DNA of 64,000 nucleotides, from NCBI GenBank assembly GCA_965198115.1, contig OZ240241.1, forward strand, positions 4,800,001 to 4,864,000, in the 5' to 3' direction. Position numbers and translations under genes: made by a program. Source of the DNA: Candidatus Latescibacterota bacterium. Its GTDB lineage: Bacteria; Latescibacterota; UBA2968. The notes under the pieces are model-generated. The model worked only from the letters and a program-made list of their open reading frames with translations, was not told where the DNA came from and made no database searches. Below, piece by piece: positions 53,925 through 64,000 of the stretch. The stretch's first letter is position 1. Every line of letters begins with the position of its first letter.

Positions 53925-55005
53925 AGTTCAAGTTCAACTCGCTCATGCAGCTGTAGAAACACGAGCGGCAGTCTCGAAGATCATCTCTGACCTTCTGGTA
54001 TTCTAGTGAGTTCCAGATTTCCTTCAGATCCCGGCCTTCCAGTGACATGACCTTGCGGCACTCGTAGTAGTACCCCCCACACGGCAAGATTTCCTGGAAG
54101 CAGTCTACATAGAGCGCGAAATACGGCGCGTGACAGCGCACGGGCAAAGGCTTGCCCTGGAAAAAGTCCGTCAGGGTATCGAGATACTCATCCGAACTGT
54201 CCAGGATTTTATAGCGCTCACTCAACGCTTTCAGCCTGGCCGGTATGTCCGTGACCTCAGGCTTGTCGATTTCGAACAGCAGATCGTCGGGTCGTCCGTT
54301 GGGGTCAAATACATAGGTGTCCTGAATCGGGTTCAGACTCACGTTGTCAACGCCCAGATCCTGCGCCAGCTGTAGGAGTTTTTCCATCTTCTCCCAATTG
54401 TGGGCATTGATCACGGTCGCCATGGTCACGAAGACCTCGTTTTCGAGGCCCAACTCTTGGCGCGACTTCAGTAGGATCTCCATGGCTTCAATCGTGCGTT
54501 CGAACGCACCTTTCTGGCCGCGCGATTCATCGTGTTCCGCTGCATCGGCTCCGTCCAATGAAATGGCGATGGAATCGATGCCGGTCTCTAGCAACGCTTC
54601 TGCCAGGCCTTTTCGCCGAAACAACAGACCATTGGTAGACATGCTGACGGGAATGTTACGCGATTTGATGTGGCGGACGATTTTCAGAATGTCCTCGCGG
54701 ACCAGGGGTTCCCCGCCCGTAATGGAAATGCCCGCAACCTTCAATTCCTCGAACTGATCGACGACGTCCATCCACTGCGCCGTCGTCATCTCCCGGTCCT
54801 TATCGCCCATTTTGTAGACATTACACATCGGGCAGGTTTCGTTGCATCGATACGTCACGACTAAACCGCCAAAAATCGGGCCGTTCAATGGGCGCTGCAC
54901 GTGGTAAGAGATCGGCACGGACACGAGGTTCCAGGCACGGCGCGTCAACCAATCGACGTTTCCGGCTCGAACCTGATCCCTGAGTACTTGAAGATGTTTT
55001 TTTCT
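53908..55005 (-). pseudogene. Radical SAM protein with SPASM/Twitch domain, 5' end removed at ISL3
   Basis: CNETCPMC, TGGEP, STNG, ISLDG, C-terminal CHAP..PC..CRSCFYSC. The ORF-track start lies inside the ISL3 IR. Confidence 0.85.
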
Positions 55006-56425
55006 GGCTCTATCCGGGTTTCTCAACGGTGAAACTATAGAATGACAAGGTCATAGATCGTTCCCTACGCTTGGTTGTGTGTGTAGGACAATCAAAGCGA
55101 AGGGGGTGCGACCTATGACCGGGAGCAGATTACTATCGAAACTGCTGAGATTCAAGGGGTTCCGTGTTGTCAGCTGGTGGTTTGAGGGGAGAAGCTGCTT
55201 CGTCATCGCCGTAAAGCCACATAAGAATGGTTGTTGTTGTCCGGAGTGCGGCCGTCGAGGTAAAATCGTCCGCACAATGCCCCATCCGCGTCGGTGGCGT
55301 GACATTCCGGTGTGCGGGTGGAGGGTCTGGCTTCTCTACCATCCTCGGGAGATTCGGTGTCCTACCCACGGTCGTGTGGTCGAGGAGATTCCGTGGGCGG
55401 AGCGGTTCTCTCGGGTGACGTATCGCTTCGAGTATGCCATGCTGCGCTACTGCCAGACCATGACGCAGAAGGCGGCGTCCGAGTTACTGCGCATCTCTGC
55501 CTCGACGCTGTCGGATCTCCTTCACCGATCCATCACGCGGCTTCGTGAAGGTCATCGTATCCGAGGGCTCAAAACCATCGGGATCGACGAGATCTCCTAC
55601 GCCAAGCGTCACAGGTACGCCACGCTCGTTTACGATCTGGACCGCTCCTGCGTGGTGTGGGTTGGCCGCGGCAGGGCGCGTAAAACGATCGATCGGTTCT
55701 TCACAGAGGCTCTCAGTCCCTACCAGAGATCCAAGATCGAGTGGGCCTGCTGCGACATGAGCGAAGCTTACATCGGAGCCATCCAGGAACACTGTCCGAA
55801 TGCCAAGCTGGTCCTCGATCGCTTTCACATCGTCAAGGCTCTCAATGCCGCCGTTGACGAGGTCCGTAAGGACCAGTGGCGTAAAGCTGCCCCGGATGAG
55901 CGCAAAGCCATGAAGGGCCTCCGATGGCTCCTCTACCGGCACTCAGCGACACGCTCCAGAGGGGATACTCGGACACTCAAAGCACTGGAGAAGGCGAACT
56001 ACCGAATCTATAGAGCCTGGAGACTCAAGGACGAGTTCGAGCAGTTCTGGGAATACAAAGCGCCCTGGGCTGCCGAACGCTTCCTGAAATGCTGGACGAC
56101 GTCCGCACTCAGAAGTCGACGTGAACCCCTGCGAAAGTTCGTCAGGACCCTGCGACAGCACTTCTTCGGCGTCCTCGCATTCGTGAACACGCGTCTTACC
56201 AACGCCATCGCCGAAGGCCTCAACCGAATCGTCCAAATCGTCAAGAACCGAGCCAGCGGATTCCGCACACTCGACGCATTCAACGATATGATCTTCCTTA
56301 CCGTCGGAGACATAAACATCCCTGAGCAGATTCCGAAGAGGTTCCGCACACGCTAACCGCGCCCCCATGCCAGGAACCACGGCACCTTCACCCACTTCAG
56401 CTCGTTGAGAGATCCGGATATAGCC
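55006..56425 (+). mobile_element. ISL3-family copy 3 with intact transposase (55115-56356)
   Basis: Uninterrupted ORF (GCTGCCCCGG versus GCTGCCCGG in copies 1 and 2). Flanks TTTTTTCT and TTAAAAG. Confidence 0.96.
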
Positions 56426-56505
56426 TTAAAAGCGATCACAATCGTGTCGATGATGCGTGGCTCGTCGTCTGCGGTGGCGATTCTGACGGTGGCCATCTGT
56501 CCCTC

Positions 56506-58371
56506 CTACTTCTGCAACGGTAGCTCGATGTAGCTGGCTGCGTCGCTCGTGTGATGAATCCGCTGCGTCGCTTTTTGATAATCCCCCATTTTGGCCCAGG
56601 CAATGTTTTTGACGAAGGTCTGCGGGTTCCGGTCGTAGATAGGGAACCACGAGCTCTGTATCTGTACGAGAATGCGATGACCCGACAGGAAGGTGTGGTT
56701 CACGTGGGGCATCGGGACGCGATACGGGAGGACCTCTTCCGGCGGAATCGGACGTGCGGTATCGAAGCTTTCGCGGTAGCGACCGCGCAGGATGTCGCCG
56801 GAGATCATGAATTGATATCCCCCGAGGTCCGGTTTGGACGGCACTTCGTTCGGGAAGAGATCGATGAGTTTGACGACCCAGTCTGCGTCTGTCCCCGTGG
56901 TCGAGGCGAAAAGGGTGGCTGAAATCTCGCCACGAACTGTGATTGGCTCTGTTAGCACCTCGCTGACGAAGGTGAGCACATCGGTCCGATCGGCGAATGG
57001 ACGCTGATCGTCGACGAGCCAGCGTCGCCACGTGGATCCGCTTCCGCCGATAGGCGGGATCGGACGAACGCGGTAAGGCACGGGTTTGGCGGGATCCGAG
57101 ACGTATTCGGTGAAAGGATCGCCGGCGCGGGGCGGTTTGAAAGACATACTGCCGGCGGGATGCAGGTAGAGCCGGGTCTGTTTCAGACTTTCCGGGGGCC
57201 AGGCGCTAAACTCGCGCCAGTCGTGACGACCTGTATCGAAGGCAAGGACAGGCGGAAGCGCCTCGGCCGGTCTTTTGCCCTTGAGATGGTGGTCCCAGAA
57301 CGGCTTCTCCATTCGCCTGCGGTACTGTAAGGCGGTGTCGGCGTCCCACTTGAGTGAGCCGAGGGAGGAGCCGTCGCCCGTGCTCTGACCGTGGCACCAC
57401 GGACCGATGGCCATGTGGGTTCTCCGTCCGCTGCGATCGCGTTTGGCCATCGCGGCGTGGCTGGCTGGCGGTCCGTAAATATCCTCCTGATCGAAAAGAC
57501 TGTGCACGGTGAGGACAGGTACTTTACGCGGGACCCTGGCCAGCTGACGATCGACGGCCAGGTCCTGCCAGTAGTCGTCGTAGGCGGGGTGGTCGATCAG
57601 CCGTTTCCACGCGGGAAGCCGGTCCAGTCCGTGTCGACGTCCGAGCTCACCGATGGACCCGGCCTCGAGGACGGCCGAGTAATGGTCGTGGTAACCCCAG
57701 GGGATCTTGTGGCTGGCGTTCTTGCTCGAGGTCTGGCGGTAGACGTACTCCATCATGACCGTGCGGTAGGCACCGTGACGGTAGAAGTCGTCGCCGATCC
57801 AGGAGTCGACCATCGCGTTGACGGGCACGGCTGCCTTGAGGGCGGGGTGTGGCTCGAGGAGCGACAGGAGGGTGAGCAGCCCGTCGTAGGAGACGCCGGT
57901 GATGCCGACACGGCCGTTGTTGTTCTCCACGTTTTTCAAAAGCCAATCGACGGTGTCCCACGCGTCCGTGGTCTGGTCGACCTTGCCGCTGTTGAAGGGG
58001 CCCCGCGAGGGCATCGTCATGATGTACTTGCCCTTCGAGCGGAAGCGCCCCCGCACGTCCTGATAGGCCCGGATGTAGCCGTCTCGTACGAGCTCTTCGT
58101 CGGCGGGGGGCAGGGCCATTGCGATGTCGGGACTTTCATTGCGTGACGCCCGGCTGGCGGCACTGTAGGGCGTGCGCGACAAGATGATCGGCATCTTTCG
58201 CGACACGTCCTTCGGGATCGCGATGATCGTGAACAGCTCGATGCCGTCGCGCATGGGCACCATCGCCTCCACGCGTGTGAAGTTGAAGCCAGTCGTGGTG
58301 GTCTTGAAGGTGCGGGGGACATCGCTGGTGCCGGCAACGTCGCCAGCGGATTTTTTCTTCCTTTTGGCCAT
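56506..58371 (-). CDS. CocE/NonD family hydrolase (alpha-amino acid ester hydrolase-like)
   Basis: VPMRDG, RTPY, QDVRGRF.S.G, GVSYDG nucleophile, GPWCHG, YVSDPAKPVP, QSSWFP. Confidence 0.93.
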   Translation of the reverse strand: MAKRKKKSAGDVAGTSDVPRTFKTTTTGFNFTRVEAMVPMRDGIELFTIIAIPKDVSRKMPIILSRTPYSAASRASRNESPDIAMALPPADEELVRDGYIRAYQDVRGRFRSKGKYIMTMPSRGPFNSGKVDQTTDAWDTVDWLLKNVENNNGRVGITGVSYDGLLTLLSLLEPHPALKAAVPVNAMVDSWIGDDFYRHGAYRTVMMEYVYRQTSSKNASHKIPWGYHDHYSAVLEAGSIGELGRRHGLDRLPAWKRLIDHPAYDDYWQDLAVDRQLARVPRKVPVLTVHSLFDQEDIYGPPASHAAMAKRDRSGRRTHMAIGPWCHGQSTGDGSSLGSLKWDADTALQYRRRMEKPFWDHHLKGKRPAEALPPVLAFDTGRHDWREFSAWPPESLKQTRLYLHPAGSMSFKPPRAGDPFTEYVSDPAKPVPYRVRPIPPIGGSGSTWRRWLVDDQRPFADRTDVLTFVSEVLTEPITVRGEISATLFASTTGTDADWVVKLIDLFPNEVPSKPDLGGYQFMISGDILRGRYRESFDTARPIPPEEVLPYRVPMPHVNHTFLSGHRILVQIQSSWFPIYDRNPQTFVKNIAWAKMGDYQKATQRIHHTSDAASYIELPLQK

Positions 58372-58487
58372 AAGAATCGACGCTCCGTGGATTCGGATTA
58401 CTGACAGATGGGCAAAGCTTCAAGATCAGTTTCTTCGCCCGACAAATCCATCACCAATACACGTGGTACTGGCTCTCGCGGGCACTG

Positions 58488-59321
58488 TCACTGGCCTACC
58501 GGGATGAACGGGAACAGCTCCCGTTGGCGTTCCGGGGTGAGTGAGGAACCGTATTCGCACACTTCGAAGGCTTCTGCGTACTGGACATTGCTTCCGCGTT
58601 CTTCTCCGTAGAGATCGATGAGCCGATCCCGGTAACGGTCCGCGATGTCCGAAAAAGCACCCAGACGGCGTTCGGCCATCCAGGCGCGTCGCTCCGCATC
58701 GCCTTCGGGCACGGCGTCGCTCGTTCCGCTGTTGAACGGCAGCCACTCGTACATCTGTGACGTGTGGCAATGCAGCATGTCGATCTTCTTCTCGATGACG
58801 TCGTCGATGTCGACGACGATGTCGGGGTCGAACGGGATGGGCTTCTGGAAGGTGTCACTCAGATACATGATGATCGGATTCGTGGTCAGGAAGGGCGTGA
58901 GCGGGCACATGTTCGGCACGGTCACGATGTAGGCGGCGTCCTGGACGAGCATGGCCGAATAGCGATGGTCAGGATGGTAATCCCACGGCCGATGGGACAT
59001 CACGAGGTCGGGTTCGAAATCTCGGATGATGCGGATCACCTGTTTTCGGTAGTGCACGGTCGGTTCCAGTTCGCCGGTGTGGTTATCGAGCACGTCATAC
59101 TCGATCCCTAAGACGCGGCCAGAAGCTTGTGCTTCCTCGTAGCGCCGCTGCGCGAGTTCGATGCCGCCGATCTCGTGATGACCGGTGGCCCCGTTCGTGT
59201 GGGCGACGAACTTCACGCGGTGGCCGAGGTCGGCATACTGAGCGGCAAGCCCACCGGCCTTGATGTCGCAGTCGTCGGCGTGGGCGCCGAAGATGAGGAT
59301 GTGGAGTCTGTCTTCTGGCAT
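58488..59321 (-). CDS. PIG-L/LmbE family deacetylase
   Basis: GAHADD, TNG..G, RR.EEA, YHPDH, CHTSQ, YAEAF. GGAG RBS. Confidence 0.92.
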   Translation of the reverse strand: MPEDRLHILIFGAHADDCDIKAGGLAAQYADLGHRVKFVAHTNGATGHHEIGGIELAQRRYEEAQASGRVLGIEYDVLDNHTGELEPTVHYRKQVIRIIRDFEPDLVMSHRPWDYHPDHRYSAMLVQDAAYIVTVPNMCPLTPFLTTNPIIMYLSDTFQKPIPFDPDIVVDIDDVIEKKIDMLHCHTSQMYEWLPFNSGTSDAVPEGDAERRAWMAERRLGAFSDIADRYRDRLIDLYGEERGSNVQYAEAFEVCEYGSSLTPERQRELFPFIPVGQ

Positions 59322-59500
59322 TGGGAGCTCTCCTTGTGAATCAGAAGATGAACACGAAACCGCCCCTCGGTACGATTCGACTTGCGTCGAGTCACTCTGG
59401 GCAGGCGAGCACGAAGGCCTGCCCGGTATTACCACGGGGAGAGTCCAAGATATGGACGGGAACACCGCGCGTGAAGAATCAGTCGTCTGAGTCACAAATG

Positions 59501-59530
59501 AAGGGGGCGACTCTTGCGAGCCGCCCCTGA
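59501..59530 (-). terminator. Probable rho-independent terminator
   Basis: AGGGGGCG.CTC-TTGC-GAG.CGCCCCCT hairpin downstream of the PhyH gene. Confidence 0.65.
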
Positions 59531-59579
59531 CTTCAATCCCTTCGGTGCCTGGTGGAACCAGTACCCTAGTGCGGGAACT

Positions 59580-60470
59580 TCATCCTCCAGTGTCGCCGAC
59601 CCGTTCAGCTTGCCGTGCCTCCTCCTGAAGCGTGTAGAGCGATTTTATCTGCGCGTCCCCGGGGATGCCGGGGATCATGGGGTTGGGCCCCCCGAACCGT
59701 GCGAACCGGGCCGGTTCCCCTCGGAGCTGGTGCGTGAGGGCTTCCAGCTGATCGATGTAAGACCCGAAGTAGATCGGGAAGGCGTCTCCCGCGCGATACT
59801 CGAAGATGAGCGTGCGTCTCGGCGTGTCAGAGCGGTTGGGCAGGGAGCTGTGCGGCATGATGCAGTGCATGAAGATGACGCTGCCGGCCGTCGCAGGAAG
59901 AGAAACCGGCTCGCCGTACTGGCCATCGTCGATCGTCTCCGTGACTTTCCCGGCGAAGGTTCCGTCGGGCAAGTGGTGTTCGAAGAACCGATTCTGGTTT
60001 CGGGGTAGGACCTGGAGACATCCATTTTCTTCCGTGGCGTCGTCCAGGTAGATGAGCGTGGTCACGAGATCGTCGTTCGTGTGGGGGAAGTAGGCGAGGT
60101 CCTGATGCCACTCGACGACGGAACCGACCTTCGCCGGCTTCATGTTCAGCTTGCTGTGGTGGAGGCCGATGTCCGGACCGATCAGACACGCGATGCGGTC
60201 CAGGATGCGGTCGTCGGTGGCGAGATTGCGGAACGCTTCGTGCTGTTCGTACGGATTGTAGATTCTGCGAGGGACCTGCTCGCCGTCGAGCGGCTCTGGT
60301 TCGAGCTCCATGACCTTGTCAAGATGGCCGGATTCGATGGCGTCGCGCGTCAGCTCGCGGATCGTTTGATCCAGCGCATCCAGCTCGGTGCGTGTGAAGA
60401 CTGAGGGGACGACGAGGTAGCCTTCGGTCTTGTAGTGTTGGACCTGATCTTCGGTCAGACTGTGAGACAT
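59580..60470 (-). CDS. Phytanoyl-CoA dioxygenase (PhyH) family protein
   Basis: YKTEGYLVV, KLNMKP, WHQD, LDDATEENGCL.V.P, H...PH.S.PN.S..PRR. Confidence 0.92.
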   Translation of the reverse strand: MSHSLTEDQVQHYKTEGYLVVPSVFTRTELDALDQTIRELTRDAIESGHLDKVMELEPEPLDGEQVPRRIYNPYEQHEAFRNLATDDRILDRIACLIGPDIGLHHSKLNMKPAKVGSVVEWHQDLAYFPHTNDDLVTTLIYLDDATEENGCLQVLPRNQNRFFEHHLPDGTFAGKVTETIDDGQYGEPVSLPATAGSVIFMHCIMPHSSLPNRSDTPRRTLIFEYRAGDAFPIYFGSYIDQLEALTHQLRGEPARFARFGGPNPMIPGIPGDAQIKSLYTLQEEARQAERVGDTGG

Positions 60471-60690
60471 CGTAGGCCTCCGCCTGTGGTCAAGTTTCCT
60501 GTGCGACTCCCGACTCGAGGTGCAATTCGATGCCGCCAACCCAGCCTGCCGCCAGGTTGTAGATGGCAGCACCGATTACACCACCAATATATCCAAGGAT
60601 GCCGTAAATGACGGGCAGGGCGATCACAGCGCCTACACCAAACATCCCTAGGAAACAGAGGCTGCTCCCCCAGCTCCATCCTAAGACCTC

Positions 60691-61677
60691 CTAAGACTCC
60701 ACCCACACATCGGGTTTCGTGTCGACCTCGTGACGATCGAAGACCGCGTCAATCGCCTGCAATGCGTCATCATCGAATGTGACGTCGACAGCAGCAAGGT
60801 TCGCTTCGACTTCTCCCGCGTTTCTGGCTCCGACCAGCGCCACGCTCAGAACAGGATTGGCCAGAACCCAGGCCAGGGCGAGGTTGGCCATCTGGATGCC
60901 CAGGTCATTCGCAATGCCTTTAAGGTCTTCTACGACGCGGAGGTTTCGGGAAAAGTTCTCTTCCGTGAAGAGCTTCATGTTGAACGCGCCGCCGCGTCGT
61001 CGCCAATCATTGTCGCCGAAGGTCGTGTTCTCGTCGAATGCTCCTGTAAGAAGTCCGTGGGCGAGCGAGCCATAGCCCATAAAACCGATCCCGTTCCTTT
61101 TGTGGGTCGGCAGGATGTCGACTTCCATCCGGCGATCGAACATATGGTAGCCGTACTGCCCGACGTCGACTCGGCGCGCTTCCATACATGATTCGATTTC
61201 GTCCGATTTGAAGTTTGATACCCCGCAGAAACGAACCTTGCCCTCCTGGACGAGGTCCTCCATTGCCCGCATCGGCTCGTCGAACGGGATTCGGCGATCG
61301 GGCCAGTGGATGAGGTAAACGTCGATGTAGTCGGTGTTCAGATGCTTCAGGCTCGTCTCGATTGACAGCTTGCATCGAGGTGCGCGACTGTCTCGCCCCT
61401 TCTCAGTGATCGCATCGTTGTACCGGATGCCCCACTTCGTAACGAGAATGATGTCCTTGCGTCGGTCACCCAACCCCTTGGCCAGCAGTTCCTCGGATCG
61501 TCCGAAACCATAACCCTGGGCAGTGTCGTAACAGTTGATCCCGACGTCGAGTGCCTTGTGTATAGCCCCGACCACTTCCGTGTCGTCGAAATCGCCGTAG
61601 TTTCCGCCCAGCTCCCAACAGCCGAACCCAATGGCGGAAACGTCCATTCCCGTTTGTCCGAATGGTCGGTAGTTCAT
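60691..61677 (-). CDS. Aldo/keto reductase
   Basis: GFGCW, DTAQGYG..SE, TK, L.TDYID.Y.IHWPD, GKVRF.GVSNF. Confidence 0.95.
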   Translation of the reverse strand: MNYRPFGQTGMDVSAIGFGCWELGGNYGDFDDTEVVGAIHKALDVGINCYDTAQGYGFGRSEELLAKGLGDRRKDIILVTKWGIRYNDAITEKGRDSRAPRCKLSIETSLKHLNTDYIDVYLIHWPDRRIPFDEPMRAMEDLVQEGKVRFCGVSNFKSDEIESCMEARRVDVGQYGYHMFDRRMEVDILPTHKRNGIGFMGYGSLAHGLLTGAFDENTTFGDNDWRRRGGAFNMKLFTEENFSRNLRVVEDLKGIANDLGIQMANLALAWVLANPVLSVALVGARNAGEVEANLAAVDVTFDDDALQAIDAVFDRHEVDTKPDVWVES

Positions 61678-61881
61678 TACCAGATCCTCTCGCTGCGAAG
61701 GCTAACACGAAGACGCGAAGGTCCGGATGAGGGGAGCGATTGACCAGTGACAGGTGACTATTGACCACTGACCGATTCCATCTACGTCAGAACTCTTCGG
61801 CACCGCAGGCTAAGGGCGTTCTCAATGCGGCGTTGTCTCGATGTATTTCTCAGTATCCTCTGTGTGCTCAGTGGCTGCTTT

Positions 61882-62925
61882 TCACGCACCCTTGCGGTTG
61901 GCAACCGTATTGGCTGTGATGTCGAACCAGGTTTCGTGGCCGGCGAAGAAGCGTTCCATCTCGTCGACCATAAGCTCGAAGAACGCGCCCCGGCTCACGC
62001 CGCCTGACGAGCTGTGGGGTGTCATGAAGACGTTGGGTAGTGTCAGGACTTCGTGGTCGGGCGGGGGAGGGTCGGGGTCGAAGACTTCGAGGCCGGCGCT
62101 GATGTCGCCCTTCTTCAGGCGCGCGACGAGGGCGTCCGAATCGACGATGGGGCCGCGCGAGACGTTCACGAAGACCGAGTTCGGCTGAAGCAGGTTGAGC
62201 TCCCGCTCCCCGATCATGCCGCGCGTGCCGGGCGTGAGCGGCGCGACGCACACGACGACGTCACAACGCCCCATGATGTTGTCCAACGATGTGAGGGTGA
62301 ATCCGAGCGCCTCGGGCAACTCACGGGGGATGTAAGGGTCGTGGACGTAGATGTCGACTTCGAACGGCCTGAGGTACTTCATCAGGCGCCGACCCATGTG
62401 ACCGCAGCCTATGAGACCGACTTTCTTGCCGACGAGGGTGCCGGCGAACGGGTATAGGTCGCGGTCCCTCGGTTTGCCGGCACGCATGCGGTCGAACTGT
62501 GTGACGCCGTTGCGGCAGGCGACGAGGATCATGGCCATTGCCCATTCTGAAACCGGATAGGAGGAGCCATTCGTGGTGTCGACGACGCGGATGTCTCGTT
62601 CCCACGCCGCGTCGACGTCGATGCGACTGTTGAAGCGGTCCCCCTCGAGTTCTCCGATGAGGCGCAGCCTATCTGCCCCTTCGAGGACGGACGCGTCGAC
62701 CATTGGGGCGCCGTTGCAGATGATGAGGGCATCGACGCCCGTCAGTCGTTCGCGAAGTGTCGCTGCGTCCTCGTCGTTGTCGCTGTTGTCGTAGATTCCA
62801 CCGCCTTCACACGCGAACCAATCCCACGTGGCCAATGCTTCCAACCTGGAAAGGGTTTGCTCGAGCAGGTAGTCGTCCCGAACGCGCTGGCTAAACGCGA
62901 AGAGGATGTTCGGCCGATCAGTCAC
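61882..62925 (-). CDS. D-isomer-specific 2-hydroxyacid dehydrogenase family protein
   Basis: GLIGCGHMG, PLTPGTRGMI, VNVSRG, TPH. GTG start with GGAG RBS. Confidence 0.9.
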   Translation of the reverse strand: MTDRPNILFAFSQRVRDDYLLEQTLSRLEALATWDWFACEGGGIYDNSDNDEDAATLRERLTGVDALIICNGAPMVDASVLEGADRLRLIGELEGDRFNSRIDVDAAWERDIRVVDTTNGSSYPVSEWAMAMILVACRNGVTQFDRMRAGKPRDRDLYPFAGTLVGKKVGLIGCGHMGRRLMKYLRPFEVDIYVHDPYIPRELPEALGFTLTSLDNIMGRCDVVVCVAPLTPGTRGMIGERELNLLQPNSVFVNVSRGPIVDSDALVARLKKGDISAGLEVFDPDPPPPDHEVLTLPNVFMTPHSSSGGVSRGAFFELMVDEMERFFAGHETWFDITANTVANRKGA

Positions 62926-63072
62926 GTCATCTCCCTTGTGATGTATGTTGGATGGCGCAAGATAAGGCGGGACGCCTGAGCCGGAAAGGGTGACGAATGG
63001 CCGGCGAAGCTTGACAGGCGGTGGCGCCGTGATAATGTTCCCCGAGTACGGCGCATTAGGAAATTGTGAAAA

Positions 63073-63132
63073 TAGGGAATTATGAAATTGGTTCCAGATC
63101 CGGGCTGTGACCATCAATTTCATAATTCCCTA
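63073..63132. repeat. Perfect 18-bp inverted repeat with 24-bp spacer
   Basis: TAGGGAATTATGAAATTG ... CAATTTCATAATTCCCTA between divergent genes. Confidence 0.85.
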
Positions 63133-63146
63133 ATACGGGATGTGAA

Positions 63147-64000
63147 ATGTCTCTCTTCGTCTCACCTTCATCAAAACGTCGGCTGGAACGAGCTCGATCC
63201 TGGCTTTCGGATCGAAGTTCTTCCGAGCCGTGTCTGATTCTGTCCGCTCGCCCGGGTGGTGCGGACGATCTGATTCGAGCCGTGGTGGGAGATGTTGGAG
63301 GTGTGTTCGGTTGGTATCGGATGACGTTGTGGCAGGCGGCGACTGCACTGGCCGGTCCGAGTGTTCTTGGAACGCTGGCGACGGGTCTGACGGGTCGAGC
63401 GGTACTGACACGCGCGGTCGATCGGCTGCGTGGAGAGGGTCGACTGGGGCGATTCGCGCCTGTGGCGAATGCGCCTGGATTCGCGACGGCGGCGGGTGAG
63501 ACGGTCGCGGAATTGAGGATGGCGGAACTGGAGCACCGTGACATCGAGCCTCGCTGCGAGGCGCTGGCCGATCTGACTCTGGCCTATGACGACGCGTTGT
63601 CCGACGCCGGGTTGACGGATGTCGCGTCGGTTTTGACGCAAGCAAGCTCGGCGCTGGAGGACGACGGGTTCAGCCATTCGTTGGTCGGTCTTCCGATCCT
63701 TTTGCTGGACGTGAGGCTCTTGTCCAAGCGTGAGGCCGACTTCTGTGGGGCTCTGCTCCATCGATCGGGTTCGTGGCTGGCCACGGTGCCGGAAGGGGAT
63801 GATCGGACGGTCAGAGCGCTCGACGCGACGCGTCTGCCGGATGCAGGTGTCGAGACGTTACCAGGAGCGCACGCGCTAGAGCGTTTCCAGGGAGCCCTGT
63901 TCGGGGACACGTCTCCGATCGAGGAAAATGGAGACATGGCCGATCTGGCGGTTTTCGCGGAGGCGGGCGAACACCTCGAGTGCGTGGAGATCGCAAGACG
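63147..64000 (+). CDS. N-terminal part of probable AddB-like (inactive helicase + PD-(D/E)XK nuclease) protein, runs off window end
   Basis: Open frame MSLFVSPSSKRRLERAR...PGFATA..ETVAELR...A.GEHLECVEIAR. Absent from the ORF track because it has no stop in the window. Confidence 0.6.
   Translation, partial: MSLFVSPSSKRRLERARSWLSDRSSSEPCLILSARPGGADDLIRAVVGDVGGVFGWYRMTLWQAATALAGPSVLGTLATGLTGRAVLTRAVDRLRGEGRLGRFAPVANAPGFATAAGETVAELRMAELEHRDIEPRCEALADLTLAYDDALSDAGLTDVASVLTQASSALEDDGFSHSLVGLPILLLDVRLLSKREADFCGALLHRSGSWLATVPEGDDRTVRALDATRLPDAGVETLPGAHALERFQGALFGDTSPIEENGDMADLAVFAEAGEHLECVEIAR

Noticed and set aside
61741-61880. Short TGACCA/CTCTGTG repeats between AKR and dehydrogenase
   Set aside because: Too short and degenerate to assign as an element or RNA.

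Overview
GC-rich bacterial chromosome segment, heavily invaded by insertion sequences. About a third of the window is IS DNA from roughly ten families: IS630, IS200/IS605, IS256, IS1595, IS21, IS3, IS1380, ISAzo13, ISL3 and IS5. Many are nested, truncated or inserted into genes. The backbone is catabolic: enolase-superfamily dehydratase, two PhyH dioxygenases, DHDPS-like aldolase, amidohydrolase, PIG-L deacetylase, AKR, CocE/NonD hydrolase, and aceE-like E1 next to prpC. This gene mix suggests, by inference only, a Latescibacterota/Poribacteria-like marine or host-associated organism. Region ~23.9-43.3 kb is a decayed defence island: a large nuclease-like/TPR gene, a VapBC45-like TA pair with both genes IS-disrupted, and MmeI-like, DUF6602-like and trypsin-like fragments. 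The two most notable structures are: (1) a 10.3-kb segment between two direct ISL3 copies whose target duplications are swapped and whose radical SAM gene is circularly permuted, implying integration of a DNA circle; (2) a 2.9-kb IS1595 element with perfect TSD that carries a Pycsar-effector-like membrane gene, an antisense 43-aa Pro-rich micro-ORF, an HTH gene and repeated 'DTPE' micro-ORFs. No rRNA, tRNA or CRISPR array was recognised. Family assignments come from motif recognition, not database searches.
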